This document shows positions 17,965 through 28,198 of a stretch of 64,000 bases of DNA, piece by piece. Origin of the DNA: a virus; the IMG/VR virus record IMGVR_UViG_3300027801_002650, positions 1 to 64,000 of that record. The stretch is one strand, 5' to 3'. Position 1 is the first letter of the stretch, and each line of letters opens with the position of its first letter. Position numbers and translations under genes: made by a program. The notes beneath the pieces were generated by a model. It did no database searches, was not told where the DNA came from, and saw nothing but the letters and a program-made list of their open reading frames with translations.

Positions 17965-18725
17965 TCGGTTTTATCAATATAGTCAAATGTCTTATTGAAG
18001 ATTATAAGGTGGATAACGCATTTGATCTAGAACAGCTGATTCTCTTAAAACGAGAACATAATATGCAATTCTCGAATATGGGGGAGCCACCTACAAAGTT
18101 CGTTTATTATGACGAAGACCTAAAAGAATATAATATGATATTCATGTATCTCAGAGAAGCAGATATGATTGAGCAATATGTTGATTCCGTTAAGGATTCA
18201 GGGCAAACCAAATTTCCAGAAGAGTATATTGTTTCAAGATATGGCTCAATGTCAGACCTGAATGTTGCGATTAGACCTATCGACATTCCTGACACTCTTA
18301 TTTCAAAGATGAGGGCAACTTTAGAGTTAGGGCACATTAGATGGTCTGACAAAAAGAGATTTGCTAGCATTGATATTTCTACCGAAGATAAGTTTGTTAA
18401 GTGGATAAATACTAATGAGATAGATAAGATTTGGACAACCATACCAGAGGAATTGGATGGTGAAAACAAAGCAGAGCAATTTGAAATCTGGATTAGTCAA
18501 AAAGGAATAGCACTCAACGTTGAGTATCAAGTGAATGCTGATAACGATAACGTGAGATATTCTAAAGACCAAGAACAAATATCAGATGTGGTTCCTGCTG
18601 GTCTTAGTTTATACCAGGACGAACTCAAACAAGTTATTGATCAAGCAAAAACTGCTAAATTTTCTGATGAATTCTTTTCAGCATTAACTGGCGCAGGTGC
18701 AACAGTAGACAAAACACAATTTTGA
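17961..18725 (+). CDS. hypothetical protein
   Basis: ATGA-coupled ORF of 254 aa; no motif recognised. Confidence 0.7.
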   Translation: MIGFINIVKCLIEDYKVDNAFDLEQLILLKREHNMQFSNMGEPPTKFVYYDEDLKEYNMIFMYLREADMIEQYVDSVKDSGQTKFPEEYIVSRYGSMSDLNVAIRPIDIPDTLISKMRATLELGHIRWSDKKRFASIDISTEDKFVKWINTNEIDKIWTTIPEELDGENKAEQFEIWISQKGIALNVEYQVNADNDNVRYSKDQEQISDVVPAGLSLYQDELKQVIDQAKTAKFSDEFFSALTGAGATVDKTQF

Positions 18726-19801
18726 GCAAATATTTTTGTGCATCACCTTTTACCAGAATGACCAGGTCTCCGAATGGTGACCTGAGAACCTGCGTGTATT
18801 CCCCACCTTTAGAGGGAGAATACACAAACATTCTTAGTGCTTTCAAGTCTGACGAAATGGAGACAATTCGCCAAGAGATGAGAGACGGTAAACGAAGACC
18901 TGAATGTGAGTGGTGTTATTTTTATGATGAATCCAACCAATATTCCTGCCGACAAGACATAAACGAACGATACCCAGAACCACCATCTACACAGTTACGA
19001 GAATTAGATTTTGCTGCCTCAAACAAGTGCAACTACATTTGCGTAACTTGTGACGAGTCTGCTTCATCTGGATGGGAACAGAGAAACAAAGAATTTAGAT
19101 TTGCTGCTAATGAAATCAAACATAAATTACCTGCTGACCTATCAGGGATTAGCAATCTAAAACAATTAACAATCATGGGTGGTGAGCCAACTATTGAACC
19201 TTACTACACTAATGAGTTCTGGGATTTGATCGAGAGTAAGACAGACAAGAACTTGTGGTTCCAGATGGTCACAAACTGCTCAGCATTCCCCAGCAAAAGA
19301 TGGATGGATTTTCTCTCGGGTCTTGAGCATGTCAGCATAGGAATATCGTTAGACGGCATAGGAGAAGTCGGAGAGTTCTGCCGACTAGGTTGGAAAGAAC
19401 GACCTTGGCGCAAAAACTTTTTGAAATGGATGAAGTTTTTTGATAGAGGATATGAGCTTGGGTCAAGGCATGACGGACCTTGGATAAATATTGTACTTAG
19501 CAATTATAATATATTATTCAGTGCTAAGACTTTGAAATACGTTTCAGAGTTTGGTATGAGGCATCGAGTCATGCTCACAACTGCCTTTGAACCTGACTAC
19601 CTCTGTCCTGCATATCTTCCCGATAAATTTAAAGAAGAAATAGAGTTAATGGAGTATTTTGACGACAATCATCGAGACTTTGTTATTGACGTGTTAAAAA
19701 CAGGTGAGTACAGCGAACCTGTGTATAAGAAGTTCCAAGACTACACTAAATATTTAAACGCATTTGTGAAAGTACCAGAACCATGTCTACATTTTGTATG
19801 A
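18722..19801 (+). CDS. radical SAM protein with N-terminal twitch/SPASM-like domain
   Basis: CNYICVTC and GGEP; N-terminal CASPF...TC...CEWC. Confidence 0.9.
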   Translation: MSKYFCASPFTRMTRSPNGDLRTCVYSPPLEGEYTNILSAFKSDEMETIRQEMRDGKRRPECEWCYFYDESNQYSCRQDINERYPEPPSTQLRELDFAASNKCNYICVTCDESASSGWEQRNKEFRFAANEIKHKLPADLSGISNLKQLTIMGGEPTIEPYYTNEFWDLIESKTDKNLWFQMVTNCSAFPSKRWMDFLSGLEHVSIGISLDGIGEVGEFCRLGWKERPWRKNFLKWMKFFDRGYELGSRHDGPWINIVLSNYNILFSAKTLKYVSEFGMRHRVMLTTAFEPDYLCPAYLPDKFKEEIELMEYFDDNHRDFVIDVLKTGEYSEPVYKKFQDYTKYLNAFVKVPEPCLHFV

Positions 19802-20931
19802 GTCCATTCGTAAGAATGACGCAATGGTGGAATGGTAATCTTAATACCTGCACTCATTATGGTGAAATGTCTGGTGACGGGACTGACATTGAGAAACAGG
19901 TGTTCATACCCGATGGTAAATATGATAGCCTCGCAGAAGCATTCGAGGGTGAAGAGATGGAAGACCTCAGACAGAAAATGCTGAACGGCAAGAAGCTCGA
20001 GGGATGCCGTTACTGTTATCATTTAGAATCTTTAGGACTCATGAGTTTGAGGGAGAGCATCAACTCCTGCTATGATGTTTCTGCAAGAAAAAAAGAGTTG
20101 AAGGAAATAGAGATTTATCCTTCAAACAAATGCAACTTTAGATGTACTATCTGTAACTCAGAAGCAAGCAGTGTATGGGGGAATACCACAATGCAAACTC
20201 CTGGAAGAATTCCTTCAAATCCATATATGCTTGACGGACTTGGTGATATGAATTTGATTACTATCTCAGGTGGTGAGCCAATTATCATGCCAGATTATGA
20301 TGGAGACTTCTTTGAGGGCAGGTCTACGAAAATGTTCACGATGGCAACCAATAACTCAGTATTTCCTAGTGACCAGTTCTTTGAGTTCTTGGAAAGGTGT
20401 GAGGATATTTTAATATATCTTAGTTTGGACGGTATAGGGGAAGTTGGAGAATGGTGTCGCAAGGGTTTGAAGATGTCGAGATTTGAGAGGAATATGTACA
20501 AATGGCAACACTGGTTTGAGAATAGTAAGTTTGAGAGAAAGGGTAATCCTGATTACAAACTGCGACCACCTTACCTTACTGGTCTGAGAATAATGTATGT
20601 GATGCAACCATATAATATTCTAAATATGTATGAGACTCTAGAATGGGCAGAAGAACACGACATTATTTTAGATATGAGAAATTGCTACTCGCCAGAAAAA
20701 TTGAATGTTGCCTACTTGCCCGATAGTATTAAGAATGATATTATGCAGGAAACAAAATTCTACAACGACGACCATAGAGAGTTCGTTGAGAAAATACTTG
20801 CATCTGCTAAATATGATGAGAGCAGGACAAGAGACTTTATAGAGTATACAAAATACTTGATGGTGCTTGACGAAATACCTAGTCAATCATTGGAGATTTA
20901 TAAAAAATGTTTGGATATAATCTCAGATTGA
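19783..20931 (+). CDS. radical SAM protein with N-terminal twitch/SPASM-like domain
   Basis: CNFRCTIC and GGEP; N-terminal CMSPF...TC...CRYC. Confidence 0.9.
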   Translation: MSTFCMSPFVRMTQWWNGNLNTCTHYGEMSGDGTDIEKQVFIPDGKYDSLAEAFEGEEMEDLRQKMLNGKKLEGCRYCYHLESLGLMSLRESINSCYDVSARKKELKEIEIYPSNKCNFRCTICNSEASSVWGNTTMQTPGRIPSNPYMLDGLGDMNLITISGGEPIIMPDYDGDFFEGRSTKMFTMATNNSVFPSDQFFEFLERCEDILIYLSLDGIGEVGEWCRKGLKMSRFERNMYKWQHWFENSKFERKGNPDYKLRPPYLTGLRIMYVMQPYNILNMYETLEWAEEHDIILDMRNCYSPEKLNVAYLPDSIKNDIMQETKFYNDDHREFVEKILASAKYDESRTRDFIEYTKYLMVLDEIPSQSLEIYKKCLDIISD

Positions 20932-21512
20932 ATGTCGATGATCATGTCTGGACTAACTCCAAAGAACTGTACAGTCCAGAAAGGCATGTCATCATTGACA
21001 AATACAGAGACGGGTGCACAAGAGTTCCTTGTTGCCGGAATGACAATATAGGATTAGAAAACTCTAGTTGGCCATTGCCTGTATTTATTATTTGGGCAAA
21101 TGGTATTTATGTCAACCATCTCATGTGTTTTATGACTGAGGATGAAGCATTACGTTGGGTGCAACAGTGGATTAGAGAGGAAAAGGGTAAAAACTGTGGG
21201 AGATGGAACTTCCCCCACATCCACGCACATAACGTATTCGGCAATGATGTTTCATCTTTTTTACATCCTGTCTTTGATGGAGGCAAATTTATCGAGACAG
21301 TGACAGATGGACAGATAACAAATGAAAACTTCTGGAATGGTGGAACAATGGAAACATATCAAAATCACACCATTTTTAAAACAGATGCGGTAAACTCCTT
21401 TGATGTTATGGATCATTGGTTTGGTGTAGAAACCTACGCCAATGAGTTTATCGAATCCTTTTATGATGAACCCTGGCCAAGCGATTGGGATCTTGATTTG
21501 GTAATGAGTTAA
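20907..21512 (+). CDS. hypothetical protein
   Basis: Operonic ORF of 201 aa, Trp-rich. Confidence 0.7.
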   Translation: MFGYNLRLNVDDHVWTNSKELYSPERHVIIDKYRDGCTRVPCCRNDNIGLENSSWPLPVFIIWANGIYVNHLMCFMTEDEALRWVQQWIREEKGKNCGRWNFPHIHAHNVFGNDVSSFLHPVFDGGKFIETVTDGQITNENFWNGGTMETYQNHTIFKTDAVNSFDVMDHWFGVETYANEFIESFYDEPWPSDWDLDLVMS

Positions 21513-21519
21513 AAAAATT

Positions 21520-22005
21520 ATGGAATTTCAGTTTGAAGTAAGAAGCAAAATATACCCAAGCAAAACCTGGGACACCACCGACCAGTTCTGTATCGATCAT
21601 GATCATTCTATACCAATGCATTATCAAAAACGCATACTTGAAATAGCATCGGAGTATGGCGTTTACAGAAAAATAGAAATGCTAAACGACGGCAAGGGCA
21701 TGAAGTTGTATGCTCGTCTACCTTCCCCAACAATGTTTTCTGAATGGCTAGCCAAAAGAATAGACTATTTCTATGAGGCAAAGAACTCAGAAACAGAAGA
21801 AGACATGGAGGGAGAGATCCCTTATTTTCCAAACTCTTTTCAAAAACGATGCTGGCATTTGTCAAACTTCTCTCCCTTGATTCCCTACGATATTTTTTGG
21901 GAGAATGTGCATAAAGCATTTGACCTCGCAGAACACGAATGCAAACTCAACTTAGACACTTTCAATGTTACAGCAAAAAAGGCATATCATGACCTTTATT
22001 CCTAA
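21520..22005 (+). CDS. hypothetical protein
   Basis: Operonic ORF of 161 aa. Confidence 0.7.
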   Translation: MEFQFEVRSKIYPSKTWDTTDQFCIDHDHSIPMHYQKRILEIASEYGVYRKIEMLNDGKGMKLYARLPSPTMFSEWLAKRIDYFYEAKNSETEEDMEGEIPYFPNSFQKRCWHLSNFSPLIPYDIFWENVHKAFDLAEHECKLNLDTFNVTAKKAYHDLYS

Positions 22006-22741
22006 AGAAGATTTTGAAAGACTGCATCATCAAAACATCATACCAACAGATATGAAAATAAATGTAGAAGATTTTAAGTCTGAGATCAAAAATTATGACC
22101 AACACTTTTCCCAATGGGGAGACAAGTTCACAGACCTGGCTAGACTTGGATTGCCGTTGGTCAATAAAAATGGTAAACTTGGCAACAATCCCGAACCTGC
22201 TTGTTGGCCATTGGACAGATGGAACTTTGTTAACTTGGGATACGAAGATACGGACGAAGGATTTACAGAGTTCTATAAAAATATACAGGAAAATATATTG
22301 TCTGACAAACTTGAACTTGAAATAGATTTTACTGAACCAACAAAAGCATTGGATATGAAATCCCTTGATCCTCTGAATGACATCAAAGAATACATGGTTC
22401 GTAGTTGTATTCTTAAATGGGACACCCGTGCCCACTTCAAACCTCACTATGATACGTGGCACCCTGTTAGATGGCTGAGACTTTGGGGTACAACAGATCC
22501 CGACAGCATGTATTTAAGATTTAGAGCAGAAGACGATAATACAGATGGCTTTTGTATGTGGAATGAAACCAACCAAGAGCATGAAATTTATAAAGCAGAA
22601 GAGAACATTGAAGCAGGTAGACTGTACCTGATGAATACGTTGAAATGGCATGACGCATTTGCCTTCAACGATAATGTACACCAGTTCTTTATAGCATTAA
22701 ATATTGATTCTTATGAACACATTTTGCATGGCACCATTTAG
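21965..22741 (+). CDS. 2OG-Fe(II)/cupin oxygenase-like protein
   Basis: FKPHYD...LRLWG...GRLYLMNT.KWHDAF (HxD...H). Likely start is ATG 21989. Confidence 0.6.
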   Translation: MLQQKRHIMTFIPKEDFERLHHQNIIPTDMKINVEDFKSEIKNYDQHFSQWGDKFTDLARLGLPLVNKNGKLGNNPEPACWPLDRWNFVNLGYEDTDEGFTEFYKNIQENILSDKLELEIDFTEPTKALDMKSLDPLNDIKEYMVRSCILKWDTRAHFKPHYDTWHPVRWLRLWGTTDPDSMYLRFRAEDDNTDGFCMWNETNQEHEIYKAEENIEAGRLYLMNTLKWHDAFAFNDNVHQFFIALNIDSYEHILHGTI

Positions 22742-23780
22742 CAGGATGACTGGCGGTCCCGAAGGGACTTACCGTACCTGTTGCTATCACCCTCCTATCG
22801 AAAAAAGATACACTAATGTCCTTGATGCATTTGAGGGTGGGGAGATGCAAATCCTGAGGCAGAGAATGCTGGATGGTGAGCACATCAAAGAATGTGAATC
22901 TTGCTACTATTATGAATCCATAGGCGAACTGTCCCAGAGACAGGTCATCAACCAAGAGCATACGTACATAAAAGAATATCATTTAGAAGGTCTTGAAATT
23001 TCCTTCAACAACAAATGTAACTTTGCATGTGTCACCTGTAAACCTGAGTCGAGTAGTATATGGGAAGATCGTGTGGGCAAGATAGACAAAATCACACCTG
23101 ATTATTCCGGAGTTGATTTTAGCAAACTGAAACATCTGTCGTTTACGGGAGGTGAACCAACTATACAAAGGGAGTTCTCTCCTAAGTTTTTTGCGATGCT
23201 CGATGAGCAAGTAAAATACGATACATTATTTTTTTCAATGAACACAAACTGCTCCAAGTTTGTTCATAGACCTTGGGTAGAGTTTATTAATAAGTTGAAG
23301 AGAGTAATGATAATGACAAGCATCGATGGGATAGGAGCTGTCGGAGAATGGGTCAGGTTAGGATTGAAGATGGATATCTGGGAAAAGAATGCTCTAAGGT
23401 GGAAAGACCTCTTGAAAGACAATAAAGAATATACTTACGGAGACATGACAAGTGGTGTCTGGTCAAATTTTGTAATGACAAACTATAACGTGTTCAACGT
23501 AGATGAAACTGAAAAATACCTTGCGTCACTTGGTATTCGGATGAGGAAAACAAATTGTTTTAGTCCAGAGTATCTTAGTCCAGAATATTTGCCTGACGAA
23601 ATCAAAAAGGAATTACCTGCTAACGATTTTGTGCAGAACATTTTGAATGCAAATGAATATAATGAAAAACACTGCAAGGAATTCATGGTGTATACAAAAT
23701 ACCTTGAGACATTTGCTCCTGCACCTGAAGAAGCAAAATTTGTCTATCGAAAATTAGAAGAATACTATGTGGCCAATTAG
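22704..23780 (+). CDS. radical SAM protein with N-terminal twitch/SPASM-like domain
   Basis: CNFACVTC and GGEP; N-terminal CMAPF...TCC...CESC. Likely start is ATG 22713. Confidence 0.9.
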   Translation: MILMNTFCMAPFSRMTGGPEGTYRTCCYHPPIEKRYTNVLDAFEGGEMQILRQRMLDGEHIKECESCYYYESIGELSQRQVINQEHTYIKEYHLEGLEISFNNKCNFACVTCKPESSSIWEDRVGKIDKITPDYSGVDFSKLKHLSFTGGEPTIQREFSPKFFAMLDEQVKYDTLFFSMNTNCSKFVHRPWVEFINKLKRVMIMTSIDGIGAVGEWVRLGLKMDIWEKNALRWKDLLKDNKEYTYGDMTSGVWSNFVMTNYNVFNVDETEKYLASLGIRMRKTNCFSPEYLSPEYLPDEIKKELPANDFVQNILNANEYNEKHCKEFMVYTKYLETFAPAPEEAKFVYRKLEEYYVAN

Positions 23781-24720
23781 CATTGAAAAAGCAAAAAGAT
23801 TGCAGATAGAAATAACAACATTCTGTAATGCTGCGTGTCCTTCGTGTGAGCGAGCCAACTATAAAGTGGGGACTATTTACAAGAGGCACCTGAACTCCAT
23901 ACACGTAAGTCTAAAACAACTGCAGAAATGGCTACCTTTGGAAGAAATGAAATCAATGGAAGTCTTCCATTTATGCGGTAACATAGATGAGCCAACGTTA
24001 AATCCTGAGATTTTTGAAATTTGTGAATGGCTAGAGCAGTATGCTCGAGTACATATTTCGACTAACGGAGGAACAAAGAACAAGGAATTTTGGAAAAAAC
24101 TGGCGACTCTAAAAAACACGTCAGTTATCTTTGGTATCGATGGTCTCGAAGACACGAACCATATCTATCGCAAGAATGTACGATGGGTAAAACTGCACGA
24201 CAACTATAGTACTTATATAAAACACGGTGGACTAGCCTTCTGGCAGTTTATTATATTTGAACACAACAAGCACCAATTAGAGGATGCCAGAGAAAAATCT
24301 ATAGAAGAAGGATTTGCATCTTTCAATACTATTCACTCTATGCGAGAAAACCATGAGGTGGAAGCAGTTGCAAATGAAAGAGTCAAAGAAACATGCGTCA
24401 AATGTAAAGCAACATACGATAATGATGATTTGGGCGATGTAGGTTTTTATATAGACGTGAGGGGAACTGTTTGGCCTTGTTGTTGGATGGCAACAAGTTG
24501 GGTATCCAATAACGATATTGCACCAAAAACAAAACACTTTGGGCACTTCTTAGCTCATAATTTAAACTACGATACGTTGCAAGACATTATCAGTGGTGAC
24601 CTGTTTACATACTTATGGGAGAACCTGGGTCAGTTCGATATATGTAACCAAAAATGTAAAGAAAACATAACCGATACCATTGTCTGGAATGCAGACTGGG
24701 AAAATATTATGAAAAGGTAA
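23767..24720 (+). CDS. radical SAM protein with C-terminal SPASM/twitch-like domain
   Basis: CNAACPSC, CGNIDEP, TNGG, IDG; C-terminal C...WPCC...C..KC. Confidence 0.9.
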   Translation: MWPISIEKAKRLQIEITTFCNAACPSCERANYKVGTIYKRHLNSIHVSLKQLQKWLPLEEMKSMEVFHLCGNIDEPTLNPEIFEICEWLEQYARVHISTNGGTKNKEFWKKLATLKNTSVIFGIDGLEDTNHIYRKNVRWVKLHDNYSTYIKHGGLAFWQFIIFEHNKHQLEDAREKSIEEGFASFNTIHSMRENHEVEAVANERVKETCVKCKATYDNDDLGDVGFYIDVRGTVWPCCWMATSWVSNNDIAPKTKHFGHFLAHNLNYDTLQDIISGDLFTYLWENLGQFDICNQKCKENITDTIVWNADWENIMKR

Positions 24721-24722
24721 AT

Positions 24723-25682
24723 ATGATTTATGATGAATGGAATAATTTAGGCGAGGTCATAGTTGGTACCTCATATGAGGATTGCACTCTTGCTGGACTC
24801 GAGCAAATCGTCGATGAGACCAATGAAGATCTGGATACTCTTGCTAAAATGCTCGAGAATGAATGGTGCACTGTTCACAGACCTAAACAACCTGAGTTTG
24901 CTCAAACTAAAGAAGGTGGCGTGGAAATCCATCACCCCATCATGCCGAGAGATTCCTTTGGATTTTTCGGGGACAAAATGATACAAACTCAAAACCTTAA
25001 AGAATCCAAGCAAGCAGAACTTGGCCTCTACGAACCTATTGTGAACTCACATATGTTGAGTCGTAGATATGGATTATGGAGAATGCCGCACCCCTCAATC
25101 GATCCTGATCATGGGGTAGATGTATTATGGAGTGCGTCTAATCTTATGAAATGCGGGTATGATATATTGTACACCCAACCTGTGGAAAGAGATGAAACTA
25201 ACGGGATTGGAACTCAAGCAGGACTGGACTGGATTGCTACCAGACTTGGTACATATAATTTTATTGAAGTGCCGACGGGTGGTCATGTAAACAGCAAACT
25301 AACTCTTCTCAAGCCAGGTCTTCTAATGACACACAACGAAAAGTTTATTCCTAAAGAACTCAGAAAGTGGGATAAGATAATCGTTGAACAAATCAAAAAA
25401 CCAAGATTCTCTGATACGTACACTCAAACATATTTGAAGAACTTTAAAAATTGGAAAGATTGGACTGGAAAACGGGACTCGATTCTAGAAATAAACTGCC
25501 TTGTTATCCGTCCTGATAAGATTATCACTACTGCCCAGAGTAAAGATAATATTAAGAAAATGGAAGACAAAGGAATTGAAGTGGTTATATGGGATCATAG
25601 ACACAGATACTTTTGGGATGGTGGCGCACATGATTGCACACAAGATACTGCTCGCGGAGGCGAAAGAAAGAAATGGCGTTAA
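24723..25682 (+). CDS. amidinotransferase-family (pentein) protein with altered catalytic residues
   Basis: DEW..L.EVIVG, ETNEDLD, V.RP, MPRD, GH...LKPGLL, NCL.I, WDGG.H..T.D. Confidence 0.8.
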   Translation: MIYDEWNNLGEVIVGTSYEDCTLAGLEQIVDETNEDLDTLAKMLENEWCTVHRPKQPEFAQTKEGGVEIHHPIMPRDSFGFFGDKMIQTQNLKESKQAELGLYEPIVNSHMLSRRYGLWRMPHPSIDPDHGVDVLWSASNLMKCGYDILYTQPVERDETNGIGTQAGLDWIATRLGTYNFIEVPTGGHVNSKLTLLKPGLLMTHNEKFIPKELRKWDKIIVEQIKKPRFSDTYTQTYLKNFKNWKDWTGKRDSILEINCLVIRPDKIITTAQSKDNIKKMEDKGIEVVIWDHRHRYFWDGGAHDCTQDTARGGERKKWR

Positions 25683-26398
25683 CTGTCGATATTTATGGCG
25701 ATAGTTTCTCCTGTCCCTGCTGCAAAACTGACGAAAAAGACACCTACCTCGATATACTATCCGATCAATTTTTATTGGACAATACATCAAAGCATGGTGT
25801 TGGTGCACAATGGTGCGTTGAGAAGTTTATGGCAAGACAGTCTCATGGTGATTTTCTTTTATTCTGTCTGCCAGATGCACAAAGACTGTGGTTACAATAT
25901 TTACCGGACTACATGGCTAGCCAGTCAAACAAAATATATGCCATGATGAAGGCAAATAACATGGACTTTCCTGAAGAACTGGAAGAGTTGGCAGTTGAAG
26001 AAGCACCTAAAATATTTAAGGACTATGAAGGATACTACAACACAGGCATGCACAGAATTTTTGAGGTCTTGGCTTCGAGTTTTATTTTGTCAAAGGCGAA
26101 ACATTACAAGAAGGTTTTGATATGGCCATCGTCTGGCTCAGGTTTTCCTTTTCGTAACTATAACCACGCATTAGAAATACCTTCTAATGTACTCATGGTT
26201 CCGAAGTCCTTGACATTCATATCCCAATTCGAAATAAATAATAAAACAAATCAGCCACATTTTGATTTTGATACTAGAAGCAATCACTTGTCACATGCAA
26301 ATCACATTGTCCTTGCTAAGCAGATATCACAGTTTTTCTTGACAAACAAACACCCTGACATTATGGAATTTAAAAGATATATCTATGGAATGCAATAG
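25634..26398 (+). CDS. SGNH/GDSL-like protein (putative hydrolase or acyltransferase)
   Basis: N-terminal YGDSFS, S..GVG, and C-terminal NHLS..NH. Likely start is ATG 25673. Confidence 0.5.
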   Translation: MHTRYCSRRRKKEMALTVDIYGDSFSCPCCKTDEKDTYLDILSDQFLLDNTSKHGVGAQWCVEKFMARQSHGDFLLFCLPDAQRLWLQYLPDYMASQSNKIYAMMKANNMDFPEELEELAVEEAPKIFKDYEGYYNTGMHRIFEVLASSFILSKAKHYKKVLIWPSSGSGFPFRNYNHALEIPSNVLMVPKSLTFISQFEINNKTNQPHFDFDTRSNHLSHANHIVLAKQISQFFLTNKHPDIMEFKRYIYGMQ

Positions 26399-27422
26399 AC
26401 TAAAGGGATACTTAGATCTTAGTCAAGCAGATGGCAGAGTCACACCATGCTGTTTGTTTGATATAGCTACAGGATGGAACTCAAACATTTATACAGGTGT
26501 CGATTTTTCTGAATGGTCAAATCCTGTCAAAAAAGGTTGCTGGCCTTGTGTAGAAAATGAATCTAATGGCCATGAGTCAATGCGACAGACTGCCGTTGCA
26601 GAAGGCATACAAATTGCCCTTGACTTTACGTGTAACTTCATGTGCCGTATTTGTCGACCTGCCTTGTCATCAAAATGGGATTCGGTCGACGAGGACTGGA
26701 CTCGGTTTGATAAAGACCATTTTTACAAGGATCCAAACAGAAAACGATTCGCTAATGAGCAAGAACGATTTCTAAACCTTGTAGATCTCTCAGAAATGAA
26801 AGAAGTCCGAATCGTGGGCGGAGAACCTTTCCTTTCAAAAAAATTAGTACCATTTCTTAAAAGACTGCCCAAGTCTGCCAAAGTTGATATAAATACTAAT
26901 GCTAGCATTTTCCCAGATGATGCAACAATCAAAGAACTGGAAAAGTTTGATTCTGTTCAAATAGACGCAAGCATTGATGCCGTCGGGGAGCTAGCCGAGT
27001 GTATTAGGTTTGGTACTATCTGGTCTGAGGTAGAGAAAAATATTAACAGACACATATCACTTTGGGATACTTACATTTATACTACTATCTCAGTTTTGAA
27101 TGTGAACAATCTAAATGAAGTATATGACTTTGCTGGTGGAGATGAATACCACGGAGGCAAAAGCAGAATGAATCCCTTGATTACACCAACCTTCCTACGA
27201 CTTGAACAGATACCACAAAACATAAGAAAATCATGGGGCATAAAATCACTGAGAGGCATGGGTGATTTTAACAATATTATTTGTAATGAAACTGAAGTAA
27301 AACCTGAGCATAAGAAATGTATAGACTTTATACAAACTTGCGATAAACATCAGGGAATACTTTTTCAAAATGTAAATAAAGAAATGTGGGAAATATTATG
27401 GACATTAGCATACCCAAAGTAA
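26385..27422 (+). CDS. radical SAM protein with N-terminal twitch-like domain
   Basis: CNFMCRIC and GGEP; N-terminal C...PCC...CWPC. Confidence 0.9.
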   Translation: MECNRLKGYLDLSQADGRVTPCCLFDIATGWNSNIYTGVDFSEWSNPVKKGCWPCVENESNGHESMRQTAVAEGIQIALDFTCNFMCRICRPALSSKWDSVDEDWTRFDKDHFYKDPNRKRFANEQERFLNLVDLSEMKEVRIVGGEPFLSKKLVPFLKRLPKSAKVDINTNASIFPDDATIKELEKFDSVQIDASIDAVGELAECIRFGTIWSEVEKNINRHISLWDTYIYTTISVLNVNNLNEVYDFAGGDEYHGGKSRMNPLITPTFLRLEQIPQNIRKSWGIKSLRGMGDFNNIICNETEVKPEHKKCIDFIQTCDKHQGILFQNVNKEMWEILWTLAYPK

Positions 27423-28198
27423 CAACCCGTTATACTGATAAAATAATGCAGGAGTTGCATGATATAAGATTTTTCGATGATTCCGATGAGATGAAGAAAC
27501 GTCAATCGACACTCAAAATCAAAGAAGAGTTTGTTGAAATTCCTGTAAAAACAATCGGCATGTGGATGTCAGGTGGTGCCGACAGTTCCCTCTGTGCCTG
27601 GATGATAAACAAAAAGATTCGCGATGAAAATCTTGATATAAAATTCCAACCAATGTCTGTTCGTAGAGGAAGACCATCAAATCCTATCTATGCTGGCAAC
27701 GTTATCGATTTTATAGAGGGTGACCTAAATATTACAATGAATGATCACATCATTTATTATCCAGACATTGCAGATGAGTACCAAAGAGAAATAAAGGAGT
27801 TTAGAGACAGAGACGTTGAGAACTTCAACTCTGGATTAATCGAGATTATGTATTCAGGAATAACCTCAAATCCCCCTGATAATGATATGAGTATTTTTGT
27901 AGACAAAAAATGTGAACCTACGAGAAACGAGTCGGCTGAGAAACCTCTAGAATCAGTTAGTGGACTAGCTCATTATATAAATCCCTTTTTTCAAATAAAC
28001 AAAAAAGATATTAAAACTCTTTATGATGATTTCAAATTGACCTACACATTATTTCCTATCACCAGAAGTTGCGAAGGTGATCCAGAAGATACTGGAAATC
28101 TTTCATATCATTGCGGAAAATGCTGGTGGTGTGAAGAAAGAATGTGGGCATTTGGATTTTTAGATAATCCTCCTCCCCAATATATTTATGATAATTGA
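27386..28198 (+). CDS. QueC-like PP-loop ATPase
   Basis: SGGADS PP-loop, NPF...NKK and TRSC...HCGKCWWC Zn site. Confidence 0.75.
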   Translation: MGNIMDISIPKVTTRYTDKIMQELHDIRFFDDSDEMKKRQSTLKIKEEFVEIPVKTIGMWMSGGADSSLCAWMINKKIRDENLDIKFQPMSVRRGRPSNPIYAGNVIDFIEGDLNITMNDHIIYYPDIADEYQREIKEFRDRDVENFNSGLIEIMYSGITSNPPDNDMSIFVDKKCEPTRNESAEKPLESVSGLAHYINPFFQINKKDIKTLYDDFKLTYTLFPITRSCEGDPEDTGNLSYHCGKCWWCEERMWAFGFLDNPPPQYIYDN

